A stretch of 64,000 nt of DNA from NCBI GenBank assembly GCA_036231405.1, contig JAZAHK010000003.1, forward strand, positions 64,001 to 128,000. The letters are read 5' to 3'. This DNA is from Nitrospinota bacterium. GTDB lineage: Bacteria > UBA8248. Each line of letters begins with the position of its first letter. Position 1 is the stretch's first letter. This document shows, piece by piece, positions 1 through 9,818 of the stretch. A program made the translations under genes and the position numbers. The notes beneath the pieces were generated by a model that saw only the letters and a program-made list of their open reading frames with translations, ran no database searches and was not told the origin of the DNA.

Positions 1-2
1 AA

Positions 3-113
3 TTACCGCTTGTAACCTCTGGAAACGATGTAAATAAAATTGCTCTTTTTTTAAACGGAAAAAAAACCTACTCTGCCAAGGAAGTGATCAACTATCTGCT
101 AGGCGAGGTGTAG
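3..113 (+). CDS. 3' end of a gene truncated by the window edge, probably nitronate monooxygenase/2-nitropropane dioxygenase-like family
   Basis: Hand translation LPLVTSGNDVNKIALFLNGKKTYSAKEVINYLLGEV* resembles the PLVTSGDD...YSAxDVI C-terminus of this family. Confidence 0.45.
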   Translation, partial: LPLVTSGNDVNKIALFLNGKKTYSAKEVINYLLGEV

Positions 114-307
114 GGCATGAATGTTTCTGCACAATGTTCGAATTATTATCACCTTGAAACTGGGGAGAGTACCTTTTGATTTATACAGACCAATTTTCTT
201 TTTTTTAAATACGCAAGTATGTGTCCTTTTTGCAAGTTTCTCGACTCCTTCGGTTTAAACGAGTATAGTTGTGCTTTACTCTTAGAAAATCAAAAAATGG
301 AGCCGTT

Positions 308-514
308 ATGGATACTCAAAAAAGATCGTTTTTAAAAACATTAACCTGGCGTTCTTTTGTTTTTCTTTACTGGGCAGTTGTTGGCTATATTATCAAGGGT
401 AGTTTTACCTATGCGGGTATTTTAGGTCTTGCTTCTATAATCCCATCTTTTTTTTATTACGTACACGAGCGTGTTTGGAACAGAATTTCTTGGGGAAGAT
501 ATTCTAAGACGTAA
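308..514 (+). CDS. DUF2061-family small membrane protein
   Basis: MDTQKRSFLKTLTWR...YYVHERVWNRISWGR is the typical family pattern; ATG at 308 follows GGAG. Confidence 0.75.
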   Translation: MDTQKRSFLKTLTWRSFVFLYWAVVGYIIKGSFTYAGILGLASIIPSFFYYVHERVWNRISWGRYSKT

Positions 515-563
515 TTCCTATATTCAGAGTTCAATCCTAGTTATTTTTCTGTGAATATTCAGG

Positions 564-1424
564 TTATTTTCCCGCCATTATCTCATCAAAAACTCTTTCT
601 AGCCCTGCCTGAAAAGTCTCTTTCCTCTGTTTTGACCAGTACTCTCCACGGCTAGTATCTGCATGAAAAAATTTATCAAAAGACGAGTGTGTTATTGCTT
701 CTTTTTTTTCGGTGCCGATAGTTACCATCTTCTCCATAGTTCCGCGAATATCGGAAAGAGTTTCTCTCAAGTTCAGTGCTACTTCCTTTCCGCATATTTC
801 CCCGTGCCCTGGGACAATAGTGTCTATGGGGAGGCTATCTACCCATTCTAGGGCTTCAATCCATTCCCCCACATTAGCATCCCTCATCCCTGCAGAAGGT
901 CCGTTAATAACGACATCTCCAGAAAAAAGAACTCCCTCTTCCGGAACAAAAACAGATGAACATGCTGGAGAATGTCCACCTTTACGGTAAATTTCAAAAG
1001 TTAATGGTGATAAATGCAGAATAAGATTTTCTTTAAAACAAACTTTCGGAAGACAAAGAGGAGCATTAACAATTTGATCTACCTCTTCTAAGTGACCCAA
1101 ATCTTTTAGTGTTTCTACAAAAATTTCTTTTGAGAACGCATTGTCCCCTTTTAAAGCCTCCTGATAGACAAACTCGGGGGCCAAAAAAATGACGTCATCC
1201 TCAATAAAAGACGCCCCGGTTGTATGATCACCATGATAATCTGTCGCAATCAAATACTTTATATCAACAGAACTCAAACTACGAACCTCTTTTTGCCAGT
1301 GTTTAGAATCAGTCGGTCTTACAGGACAGTCAAGAAGAACAATACCTTCATCTGTAACTGCAGCACCAACGTTTGCCCAATCATACTTGGTCTCTGCATA
1401 CAAGTGTTCACTTAATTTATGCAA
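564..1424 (-). CDS. MBL-fold metallo-hydrolase (cyclase-like)
   Basis: Motifs TDYHGDH, GGHS, FSGD, VPGHG; TTG start after GGAGG. Confidence 0.85.
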   Translation of the reverse strand: MHKLSEHLYAETKYDWANVGAAVTDEGIVLLDCPVRPTDSKHWQKEVRSLSSVDIKYLIATDYHGDHTTGASFIEDDVIFLAPEFVYQEALKGDNAFSKEIFVETLKDLGHLEEVDQIVNAPLCLPKVCFKENLILHLSPLTFEIYRKGGHSPACSSVFVPEEGVLFSGDVVINGPSAGMRDANVGEWIEALEWVDSLPIDTIVPGHGEICGKEVALNLRETLSDIRGTMEKMVTIGTEKKEAITHSSFDKFFHADTSRGEYWSKQRKETFQAGLERVFDEIMAGK

Positions 1425-1541
1425 AACTACCCTCCTTTTTCATAATTCTACCTTCTTTACATTTGTTGTTAAAGTATTCATTTTGAGATCATCTAGCATA
1501 AAGCGCGTTTAAAGTTTTTTCGCGTAAAAATTATTTTCTTC

Positions 1542-2492
1542 TTATCCCTTTATCTTCTTATCCCGACCTTGTAATGTTTCACGTTCTTTCATTCTCGATA
1601 TGAGTACTTTAACCCTTTGGTGTAGAGTTTCTTTTGAAGAATCATGGTCCCAACGAAAAAATCCATGTCCACTCTTCATTCCCACTTCCCCTTTTTCTAC
1701 CTTTTCTACCAAAAGTGGAGAGGGTGAATCTCTGTTGTCCAAGTCTCCTTGTAGATATGTATGTATGTTGAGAAAAACATCTAGGCCAGAAGCATCCATT
1801 CCTGCAAGAACAGGGAGAACACCAAAATTAGACGCGACTTTATCAATATCCTCAGCTGTTGCGATCCCCTTCTCCAACATGTGAATTGCTTCTCTTCTGA
1901 TCGCGGTTGAAATTCTAACCCCGATATGGCCCAGAGTTTCCTTAACAAGAACAACTTCTTTCCCGACGTCTTCAAGAAGGGATTTAGTAATCTGGAAAGT
2001 TTCCATTGATGTTTTTTCACCACGAACAACTTCCACAACGGGTCGTAGTGGGGCAGGCGTATAATGATGCGCAACGATCAATTTCTCCTTTCTTTGTACA
2101 TTTCTTCCGATTTCTGAAAGTCTAAGACCAGAGGTGTCCGATGCGAGTATAGTGTGTGGTGGACACATTGTATCCAAGGTCTCGAATATCTTCTGTTTAA
2201 GCGCAAGATCCTCAGAAACCGATTCAATTACATAATCTGTATTAGAGGCGGCCTCTTCAAAATCAGTGGTTGGATAAATACGCCCCAGGGATTCGTCTAT
2301 CTCTTGTTTTGTGTATAAACCATTTTCTTCAAACAAATTCAAATAAAAGCGAATCTTTTCCATCGCTGAAAGTGAGCTATTTTTAGTCCTATTATAAACT
2401 GACACTTGATATCCACCATGCGCAAATTGAATTGCAAGTCCTTGCCCTACATAACCACCACCGATGACGGCAATATGCCTAATAGCGGCCAT
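1542..2492 (-). CDS. 3-hydroxyacyl-CoA dehydrogenase family protein
   Basis: Rossmann GGGYVG, IESVSEDL, ASDTSG, His...Glu dyad (AHHYTP...VVEVV), GxKSGxGFF. Confidence 0.85.
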   Translation of the reverse strand: MAAIRHIAVIGGGYVGQGLAIQFAHGGYQVSVYNRTKNSSLSAMEKIRFYLNLFEENGLYTKQEIDESLGRIYPTTDFEEAASNTDYVIESVSEDLALKQKIFETLDTMCPPHTILASDTSGLRLSEIGRNVQRKEKLIVAHHYTPAPLRPVVEVVRGEKTSMETFQITKSLLEDVGKEVVLVKETLGHIGVRISTAIRREAIHMLEKGIATAEDIDKVASNFGVLPVLAGMDASGLDVFLNIHTYLQGDLDNRDSPSPLLVEKVEKGEVGMKSGHGFFRWDHDSSKETLHQRVKVLISRMKERETLQGRDKKIKG

Positions 2493-2525
2493 TTCTTCTC
2501 CTTTTCTAGAGCAACAACCCCTTCT

Positions 2526-3698
2526 CTATTTGATTGCATTTTCCAAGGATCTTCCAAGAATAAGTCGTGCAGTATCGTGGCTTTCCCCATGGAAAAGACA
2601 CCCAAGTGCGTCTCTCCAGTATTTTTGAACAGGATAATCACGCATAAAACCGTATCCTCCAAACAACTGTATTGCTAAGTCACAAACAAAGGGTGCAATT
2701 TCAGAGGCAAAGAGAACAGCATTCATCCCGAGTTTGGAATCATAATCATCGGTAGTATCTGCATTAGATGCAGCCCTCCAGACTAAATCACGGGCAACAT
2801 CAACACGAACTCTCATTTCGGCAAGGCGAAGAGATACAATATCATGTTCGAAAATGGGCTTCCCACCTTGTACTCGTTCTAATGAATGTTTGGTTGCTGT
2901 CTCAAGTGCTGAACGGGCGATGCCTACACCAAATGCCCCTAACGTAGGGATTATTTTTCTAAGATACCTACTTTTTGAACCAGTTCCATTTCCAGTTCCA
3001 TCAGATAAGATATCATCAACAGAAATGCGGCATTTTTCAAAATTAAGTTCAGACTCGATATAAGTTCTCATTCCCATTTTATCATGAACATCACCAATAC
3101 TGAGCCCTGGGGAATTTTTTGGAATAACCAAGGTGATGTTTTCATTTGAAACATCTTTTGACACATTTGAACTAGCATCAAGAACAAAAATTTTCGCCAA
3201 TGGTCCGCATCCGACGAAACGTTTTTTTCCATCTAACTCCCAATCGGAACCCGCCGGTATTGCGTTAAGACCGAGATTTTCCGAAGGAGTGATCGGACTG
3301 AGCGTCCCATCCCCAAACAAACAGGTTTCATCTTCTGCAAACATAGAGATATACTTTGACTTTTGCTCTTCCGTTCCACACTCAAGAACAAGCCCTGCAA
3401 GTTTCCAGGATTGGTGAACGGCGGCGGCAAAACCTGCTTCCATGGCCATAAGTTCTTCCAACAAAACGCAGTGCGTTAGAACATCCATATCAACACCACC
3501 CCATCTTTCTGGTAGCGGTAAATTCTTCAACCCCAACGCTGAGAATTCCCTCAAAACACTCCAAGGGAATGAATCTTCAGGATCCTCTGAAGCTTTTCGG
3601 TCAAGTTCGTCAGCTATATGCAAAAGATGACGCTCACCAAAGTTCTGGCACAGTTCTCTCAGAGCAGATTGATCTTCGGTAAGGGCAAAATTCACCAT
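2526..3698 (-). CDS. acyl-CoA dehydrogenase-fold protein (divergent)
   Basis: DGKKRFV, KMGMR, ERVQGGKPI, AIQLFGGYGFMRDYPVQKYWRDA. Confidence 0.85.
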   Translation of the reverse strand: MVNFALTEDQSALRELCQNFGERHLLHIADELDRKASEDPEDSFPWSVLREFSALGLKNLPLPERWGGVDMDVLTHCVLLEELMAMEAGFAAAVHQSWKLAGLVLECGTEEQKSKYISMFAEDETCLFGDGTLSPITPSENLGLNAIPAGSDWELDGKKRFVGCGPLAKIFVLDASSNVSKDVSNENITLVIPKNSPGLSIGDVHDKMGMRTYIESELNFEKCRISVDDILSDGTGNGTGSKSRYLRKIIPTLGAFGVGIARSALETATKHSLERVQGGKPIFEHDIVSLRLAEMRVRVDVARDLVWRAASNADTTDDYDSKLGMNAVLFASEIAPFVCDLAIQLFGGYGFMRDYPVQKYWRDALGCLFHGESHDTARLILGRSLENAIK

Positions 3699-3740
3699 GA
3701 CAATTTTTCCCTTCTCCTATAAGGATACATCATTTTATTA

Positions 3741-4949
3741 CTAAAGCGTGGACACCAGTTGACCAGAAAGAGACCTCCCGATCTTTAACAATCTAACATC
3801 AACCGTATTATTGGTATGGTTTGTCATGACTGCGTCCCTCATGAATTTTTCTACTGGAAAATTACGCGTATAGCCATCCTTGCCAAAGATTTGCATGGCA
3901 CTTTCGCAAACTGACCTCGCGCAAACCGTACTAAAATAACTTGCTATGGCTGCATCGCGCTGAGTGTAATGTTCCCTATTATCCGAGGCCCATGCTGCTC
4001 TCCATGTGGCACTTCTAGTTGCCTCGATCAAAGTGAGCATATCAGCCAAGCGCATTGCAATCGCGTCACTCTGAATAAGTGGGCTTCCATTTCGAACCGT
4101 TTCCTGAGAATAGGAAAGAGCTGCCTCGTAAGCACCTCTAGCAACCCCAAGACCAAAAGTCGCAACCATTGGGGCACCTCTTCCAAAGTGCCTTGCCCTA
4201 TCAGAAAATCCCTCATTAACCCCGATTAAAATGTCAGATTCAGGAATTCTGACATTTTCAAGAATGAGTTCAGCGTTCATGAGAAGTGCGGCACCCAATT
4301 TATCGTGCGTACGTCCAATTCGAAATCCTGGAGTATCTCTCCACATTAGAAACTGTGTGGATCCTTCTGGAGCCGGTACACTTGGATCAGTTCTGGCAGT
4401 AACAATAAAAATTTTTGCTAAAGATGCACAAGCCACGAAAACCTTTGTTCCGTTCAACACCCATTCGTTTCCTTCTTTGACAGCAGACATTTTAATTCCA
4501 CCTTCCACGCCTCTGTAGGGAAAGGTGTTGTCTGTTCCCGAATCAGGTTCCGTCTGACCAATTGAAATTAAACACGTATCGTCCTCGGCAAATGGGAGAA
4601 GATATTTTTCCCTTTGCTCTTCCGTGCCCTCTCTATCTATCTGCTGGGCCAATCTCCACACCTGATGAAATGTGGCTGCAAAACCAGGTTCTACGGCCAT
4701 TACTTCCTCTAAAATGATACAATGAGTCAGTGTATCAAGGTCCCTTCCACCGAGTTCCCTGGACAGTCCAAGCGTGCGCAACCCGAGTTTAGAAGCGGCC
4801 TTAAGAACCTCAATAGGGAAACACCCCGCCGGGTCTGTTTGGGACTTTCGATCACATTCAACTGCAATTGGCCTTAACTCTTTATCGCAAAATTCCTTTA
4901 CAAGATTTTTGAGTTCCAATTGCTCGTCCGTCAATTTCATGTCAACCAT
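3741..4949 (-). CDS. acyl-CoA dehydrogenase-fold protein
   Basis: TEPDSGTD, LNGTKVFV, AMQIFGKDGYTRNFPVEKFMRDA; start moved to the ATG following GAGGGG. Confidence 0.88.
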   Translation of the reverse strand: MVDMKLTDEQLELKNLVKEFCDKELRPIAVECDRKSQTDPAGCFPIEVLKAASKLGLRTLGLSRELGGRDLDTLTHCIILEEVMAVEPGFAATFHQVWRLAQQIDREGTEEQREKYLLPFAEDDTCLISIGQTEPDSGTDNTFPYRGVEGGIKMSAVKEGNEWVLNGTKVFVACASLAKIFIVTARTDPSVPAPEGSTQFLMWRDTPGFRIGRTHDKLGAALLMNAELILENVRIPESDILIGVNEGFSDRARHFGRGAPMVATFGLGVARGAYEAALSYSQETVRNGSPLIQSDAIAMRLADMLTLIEATRSATWRAAWASDNREHYTQRDAAIASYFSTVCARSVCESAMQIFGKDGYTRNFPVEKFMRDAVMTNHTNNTVDVRLLKIGRSLSGQLVSTL

Positions 4950-5097
4950 TTTGCCCCTCAAAAAAACACTTCAAGATTTCCTGTAAAGAATCTTCCAACT
5001 TTATTATTAAAAGCAAACTCGATCAAATAAAAAAGATTTTTTATAATAGACTTATCCACAGGTTTAGAATGCCAACTCATGGAACTTACTGATTACA

Positions 5098-6069
5098 TCA
5101 TTTTCTTATTGTCCCAAAACTGAAACCTGTAATTAAGTGTTTTTGTATTAAGACACCGAGAATGACGACCGGAATTGTAATCACGGTACCGATCGCTGCT
5201 TGAGGACCATATAGCCTTCCTTCGACAGCGCTCTGGAACTTATTGAGTAAGACAGGCATGGTCGAAACTTTTGGCTGAGTCAATGTCAGCGCGAGTAGAA
5301 ATTCACTCCAGTTCAGGATGAAAATAAACAAGAACGTCACCACCATACCTGGTGCTACCAAAGGTATGACAACACGCCGAAGAGTATAGATTCGGCTCGA
5401 ACCCATAATTCGCGCTGCGTGCTCGAGGGTGTAAGGAACCTCGTCGATGAAACTTAGCATCATCCAGATAACAAACGGGAGCGTTGTTGCTGTGTAGAGC
5501 AAGCCCAAGCCCACATAACTATCGTATAAACTGAAGCGGAACTGGAACAGGGTTTCCGTCGCGTGTGGAATCAAGACAGCGTAGTACATCACTATGGGGA
5601 TAGCGATCACGATGGGTGGGACCATACGAATTGTCAGGATAATGTAACGGAAATTTTTTCCGCCAACGTTGAATCGTGAGATAGAGTAAGCTAGGAAAGT
5701 CCCTAGAAGAAGCGCCACTAGCGAACTTATCGATGCTATGGATGCGGAATCTCCCAGTGCTCCCCAAATGGAATAAGCCTGTTCCGTAGCCTCCCTGCTG
5801 AGTTCTTCTCCCAAAGCGGTAAAGGTAAAAATTTGCCGATAGTTGTGCAGGGTAGGTTCATACCCTCCACCAAGGAAAGATGGCATCCAGTTAGGCGGCC
5901 AAGCAACCCAGTCGCCAGAGTCCTTGAATGAAGTGGAGATCATCCAGAAAATAGGAAACAGGACGATGGTGGACCAGACCAACAAAACGACATGCCTAAA
6001 ATAGAAAAAAAAGTTGTAACGCTTCGCCAACGAAAGACTAGATCTCCCGGAGCGCGCATTGTTTACCAT
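5098..6069 (-). CDS. carbohydrate (CUT1) ABC transporter permease, MalG-like
   Basis: Multiple TM helices, EAA loop LEHAARIMGSS, FILNWSEFL. Confidence 0.9.
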   Translation of the reverse strand: MVNNARSGRSSLSLAKRYNFFFYFRHVVLLVWSTIVLFPIFWMISTSFKDSGDWVAWPPNWMPSFLGGGYEPTLHNYRQIFTFTALGEELSREATEQAYSIWGALGDSASIASISSLVALLLGTFLAYSISRFNVGGKNFRYIILTIRMVPPIVIAIPIVMYYAVLIPHATETLFQFRFSLYDSYVGLGLLYTATTLPFVIWMMLSFIDEVPYTLEHAARIMGSSRIYTLRRVVIPLVAPGMVVTFLFIFILNWSEFLLALTLTQPKVSTMPVLLNKFQSAVEGRLYGPQAAIGTVITIPVVILGVLIQKHLITGFSFGTIRK

Positions 6070-6074
6070 GCAGA

Positions 6075-7040
6075 TTAACCCTCCTTGACAACCGCCCGTT
6101 CACGAACAAGTAGATGAATTCCGTAGAAGATAAAAAACGAAAATATAATAAGCAATAGTACCGATGCAGCGGCACCAAAACTATATTTATTAAACATCCA
6201 GACCTGTCTCCATAAGAAAAAAGCAATCGTTTCTGTTGCAGTTCCAGGACCTCCAAAGGTGAGGAGAACGGCCTGATCAAAAATTTTAAGTGCTTCCATC
6301 GATCGTATAACGACAGCAATAATGATTGCAGGCCTTAGCAACGGCAGGTGAATCCACCAGAAGATTTGCCACCGACTAGCGCCGAGGACACGGGCCGCAT
6401 TAGTGAGTTGCTGCGGAAGCGCACTAAAACCAGACAAGAAAATTAAAAAGGTAAGTGAGGTCCACTGCCAAACGTCTGCGAGGATAACCGCCCACTGTGC
6501 CGCTATTGGATGGGATAGCCATCTAACACGAGGATCAATGCCAAACATTTCAAGAAACGGAGACAAAACCTGATTAAGGGGACCAGAATCCACGTAAATC
6601 ATCGAGAAATTATATCCGGCAACGACTGGAACAACCATCATCGGTATCAGAAAAATAGTGATATACAATCGACGACCCCGAAACTGCCTGTAGACCAGCA
6701 TAGCAAGAAAAAAACCCAAGAGTAGTTCGAGAATAACGGCAGCGCCGGCAAAATAGAAAGTTCGCCCCAAAGCCCACCAAAAATCTTCTGTCGTTAGGAC
6801 ATTTATGTAACTTCCAAACCCATCAAAGTACGCTCTCTCGAAAGGGCGATTAGCACGCCATTTAAGAAGACTGATGTAGACCGTTAAAATAAAAGGTATG
6901 GCAAGAAGTAGGAGGAAAAAGCCCTCCACCAACACAAATGGAATAAGGCGAAATATCTTCTCCTGTTCCAACCAGGAAGACAAACTTTTTCTCTTTGTGG
7001 GTCTTCTTGAATTATCAGGTGCAGCAGGCGGGCAAGCCAA
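6075..7040 (-). CDS. carbohydrate (CUT1) ABC transporter permease, MalF-like
   Basis: ADVWQWT, AARVLGAS, GGPGTATET; TTG start after GGAGGA. Confidence 0.9.
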   Translation of the reverse strand: MACPPAAPDNSRRPTKRKSLSSWLEQEKIFRLIPFVLVEGFFLLLLAIPFILTVYISLLKWRANRPFERAYFDGFGSYINVLTTEDFWWALGRTFYFAGAAVILELLLGFFLAMLVYRQFRGRRLYITIFLIPMMVVPVVAGYNFSMIYVDSGPLNQVLSPFLEMFGIDPRVRWLSHPIAAQWAVILADVWQWTSLTFLIFLSGFSALPQQLTNAARVLGASRWQIFWWIHLPLLRPAIIIAVVIRSMEALKIFDQAVLLTFGGPGTATETIAFFLWRQVWMFNKYSFGAAASVLLLIIFSFFIFYGIHLLVRERAVVKEG

Positions 7041-7097
7041 TTTTTCCTCCTTTATATCGAACTTTATATTATATTCAATCCAAACCGACAGAGACTC

Positions 7098-7125
7098 CCT
7101 CTCCGGCGTCTGCTAGCCGGAGAGG
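7098..7125 (-). other. GC-rich intergenic stem-loop after the binding-protein gene (mRNA stabiliser or partial terminator)
   Basis: CCTCTCCGGC-8 nt-GCCGGAGAGG perfect 10-bp stem with no U-tract, between SBP and permease genes. Confidence 0.6.
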
Positions 7126-7156
7126 ACACATCTCTACTCAACATTCTCTTAATTCG

Positions 7157-8614
7157 TTAAAACTTGTCGATATACGCGCCGCTAGCCACACTCTTACGCC
7201 ATGCCTTAATTTGATCCTTGCGGCCAAGATCATCAGTGACTCTATTCCATCCTTTTTCTATGTTCTGCGCCGCTTTCTTAGCAGATAAGTTGCCTTGCAT
7301 AACTTGAGCAAGGTTCTTATCTAACACGTTAAAATACTCGTAGTTACCTTCAATCATAAGTAATGAAATTGCATTCTTGGCATTTTTCATTGTCATTTTC
7401 ACAAAAGGTTCTGTATGTTTCGCAAGAACTGCCTTGTTGGTCAAGTTCGATTTTCTCATCGGATCCCAGAAACCCTTGGGATGAGCTATAGCTTCGTCGC
7501 CCTTGGTTGGACCAGTAAACCATTGGATGAAATAGTAAGCTAGCTCTGGATGTTTACTATAATGACTGACCATATAACCAGTACCAGCAGCTTGGGGTGC
7601 TCGACGGACCGACTTCCCATTTACTTTTACAGCAGGAACTGGGCATGCGAGTTGATTTCCACTAATTTTACTTTTCGGGCTTCGGTTTGCATATCCCATC
7701 GCAGAAGGAAAAGACATAAAGGAAAATGCCTGTCCGCTTCCCCAGTGAGGGTAAAGTTGTGGAGTTCCCCATCCTTGAACATCTGGTGGCATATACTTTA
7801 CTATGGAGGAAAATTCCTTTATAGCACGTATTCCATTGGGGGAGTTGATAGTAGGATTCATGTTCTTGTCAAAAAGAAGACTTCCCAGGTAGGCAGGAAA
7901 ATGACGATAAGAGAAATTGATGCTCCTGTAAGCCTGGGCACCGTAAAGCGGTTTGTCAAATTTTTTGCCCCAACGGGTCTGGCCTTTTTTCGTATGGAAA
8001 AACTTGGCCATTTGCTCCCATTCGGCCATCGTTCCGGGGCAGCCAGGGTCCTTACCATACTTAGCCTTATACTCGGCCGCACCCAGTTTCATGATATCAC
8101 TACGTAAGAACAGGGCAATGTGATCGCCGTCTAAAATGAACCAATAGTTCTTTCCATTGTAGGTCTGCTGCGCTCGGAGGCCGGAAGCGATACCCGAAAA
8201 ATCAGGTTTCCCTTTGGCAATATATTTATCAAGAGGCTCAAGCACACCAGCCCCCACTGCATCTGGTATGACGTATGGGAAGTGGTTAATGATATCGTAC
8301 TGACCTGTCTTGGCTACGGCTTCCGCCATGATCTTGGAAGGTATATCCGTGTAACCATATGAAATAGTCTTAATTTTAATACCTGTTAGTTTCTCCCACT
8401 GTCTCAGAAATCCTGGCTGAGAGTTCTTGAAGAGCGAGATCAAAAGCATGGTCTGTTTCGGGTTTTTAAGGTTGTGTTTCTTAATGTAAGCTTTCGCACC
8501 ATTAATAGCCCTTTCTTCTACCGTAGCTCCAGGCAAAGACTGTGCAGATCCAACTGTAGCAGTTACCACCAAGGAAACAAAAAGCAACACTACTCTTAGA
8601 ATAACCTTTTTCAT
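7157..8614 (-). CDS. ABC transporter extracellular solute-binding protein (family 1)
   Basis: Signal peptide MKKVILRVVLLFVSLVVTATVGSA; context of ATPase and two permeases; ATG 8614 after AGGAGGGA. Confidence 0.85.
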   Translation of the reverse strand: MKKVILRVVLLFVSLVVTATVGSAQSLPGATVEERAINGAKAYIKKHNLKNPKQTMLLISLFKNSQPGFLRQWEKLTGIKIKTISYGYTDIPSKIMAEAVAKTGQYDIINHFPYVIPDAVGAGVLEPLDKYIAKGKPDFSGIASGLRAQQTYNGKNYWFILDGDHIALFLRSDIMKLGAAEYKAKYGKDPGCPGTMAEWEQMAKFFHTKKGQTRWGKKFDKPLYGAQAYRSINFSYRHFPAYLGSLLFDKNMNPTINSPNGIRAIKEFSSIVKYMPPDVQGWGTPQLYPHWGSGQAFSFMSFPSAMGYANRSPKSKISGNQLACPVPAVKVNGKSVRRAPQAAGTGYMVSHYSKHPELAYYFIQWFTGPTKGDEAIAHPKGFWDPMRKSNLTNKAVLAKHTEPFVKMTMKNAKNAISLLMIEGNYEYFNVLDKNLAQVMQGNLSAKKAAQNIEKGWNRVTDDLGRKDQIKAWRKSVASGAYIDKF

Positions 8615-8747
8615 AGAGATCCCTCCTTTTCTCATGAAATAGTTGCGCCATCTATTAAGAAGACACGACTAAAAAAATGGGTCAATCAAATAACCCTTTA
8701 GGTAGCAAGAAAAATCATTGCCAATTTCACTCCTCCTAAAAAAACTA

Positions 8748-9818
8748 TTACAACCGGATTCCATTATCTATATCAAAAAAGTGCAACCCTTTAGGGTCAA
8801 AACCAAAACAAATCTCATCCCCTGCTTTAAATTTCCTATCGGCGTCAACTTTCCCCACGAGGAGATCTTCTGTCCCATACGAAAAGAAAACCAGAGTCTC
8901 ATCTCCAAGGGGCTCAATCAATTTCACTTTTGCCTTCGTCCCTTTTTCTCCAATAATAACGTGTTCAGAACGAACACCAAGACTAATTCTTTTTCCAATA
9001 ATCGAGACGGGAATTGAACTGTTTGGTAAGGAAACTTCAAAAAAATCAGACCTAAAAAGAGAAGTTTCAGAATTAGAGAAAGAACCTACTAAAATATTCA
9101 TAGTAGGTTGCCCAAAAAAAGTTGCCACAAATTGGTTCATAGGTTTTCTATATATCTCCAAAGGAGTGCCAACTTGTTGAATATATCCCTTTTCCATAAC
9201 CATAATTCGATCTGCCATAGTCATCGCCTCAGCCTGATCATGGGTCACGTAGAGGAAAGTAGATTTTAACTCCTCATGGAGTCGCTTAAGTTCAGTACGC
9301 ATCTCAATCCTTAATTTGGCATCTAGACTCGAAAGTGGCTCATCCATTAGTAGCACTTCCGGTTCATTTACAATTGTACGTGCTAGAGCAACCCTTTGAG
9401 CTTCACCACCTGAACACTGTGAAGGTTTCTTTTCAAGCAAATGGACGATTTTCATTGTTTCCGCAACGTTTTCAACCCTTTCTTTCACTTCTTTATCTGC
9501 AATGCGTCCGACATTCAATCCAAACGCTATGTTTTGGAAAACTGTCATGTGAGGGAATAATGCCAAATCTTGAAAAACCATACCCAAACCACGTTCTCCA
9601 GGATCAAGATCGTTAATGACCCGATCACCAATCATCAATGTTCCACTTGTAGGGCTTTCAAAACCGGATATCATATTAAGGGTCGTCGTTTTGCCACAAC
9701 CAGATGGGCCAACTAGAACCATAAACTCGCCATCTAAAACCTCCATATTCACACCTGCAACCGCAGTAACATTTGCTCCGAATTTCTTTACTAGGTTCTT
9801 TAAATTGATCGACGACAA
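8748..9818 (-). CDS. ABC transporter ATP-binding protein, MalK/UgpC-like
   Basis: Walker A GPSGCGKT, CSGGEAQR signature, LLMDEP, YVTHDQ, TOBE C-terminus; likely TTG start (MSSINLKN) after GGAG. Confidence 0.92.
   Translation of the reverse strand: MSSINLKNLVKKFGANVTAVAGVNMEVLDGEFMVLVGPSGCGKTTTLNMISGFESPTSGTLMIGDRVINDLDPGERGLGMVFQDLALFPHMTVFQNIAFGLNVGRIADKEVKERVENVAETMKIVHLLEKKPSQCSGGEAQRVALARTIVNEPEVLLMDEPLSSLDAKLRIEMRTELKRLHEELKSTFLYVTHDQAEAMTMADRIMVMEKGYIQQVGTPLEIYRKPMNQFVATFFGQPTMNILVGSFSNSETSLFRSDFFEVSLPNSSIPVSIIGKRISLGVRSEHVIIGEKGTKAKVKLIEPLGDETLVFFSYGTEDLLVGKVDADRKFKAGDEICFGFDPKGLHFFDIDNGIRL

Noticed and set aside
160-260. Minus-strand ACCGAAGGAG...GCAAAAAGGAC resembling glycine riboswitch fragments
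   Set aside because: Lacks the CTCTCAGG core and paired stems, and faces away from both flanking plus-strand genes
5052-5060. Perfect DnaA box TTATCCACA
   Set aside because: Single copy with no box cluster and no dnaA/oriC context; plausible by chance in 64 kb of AT-rich DNA
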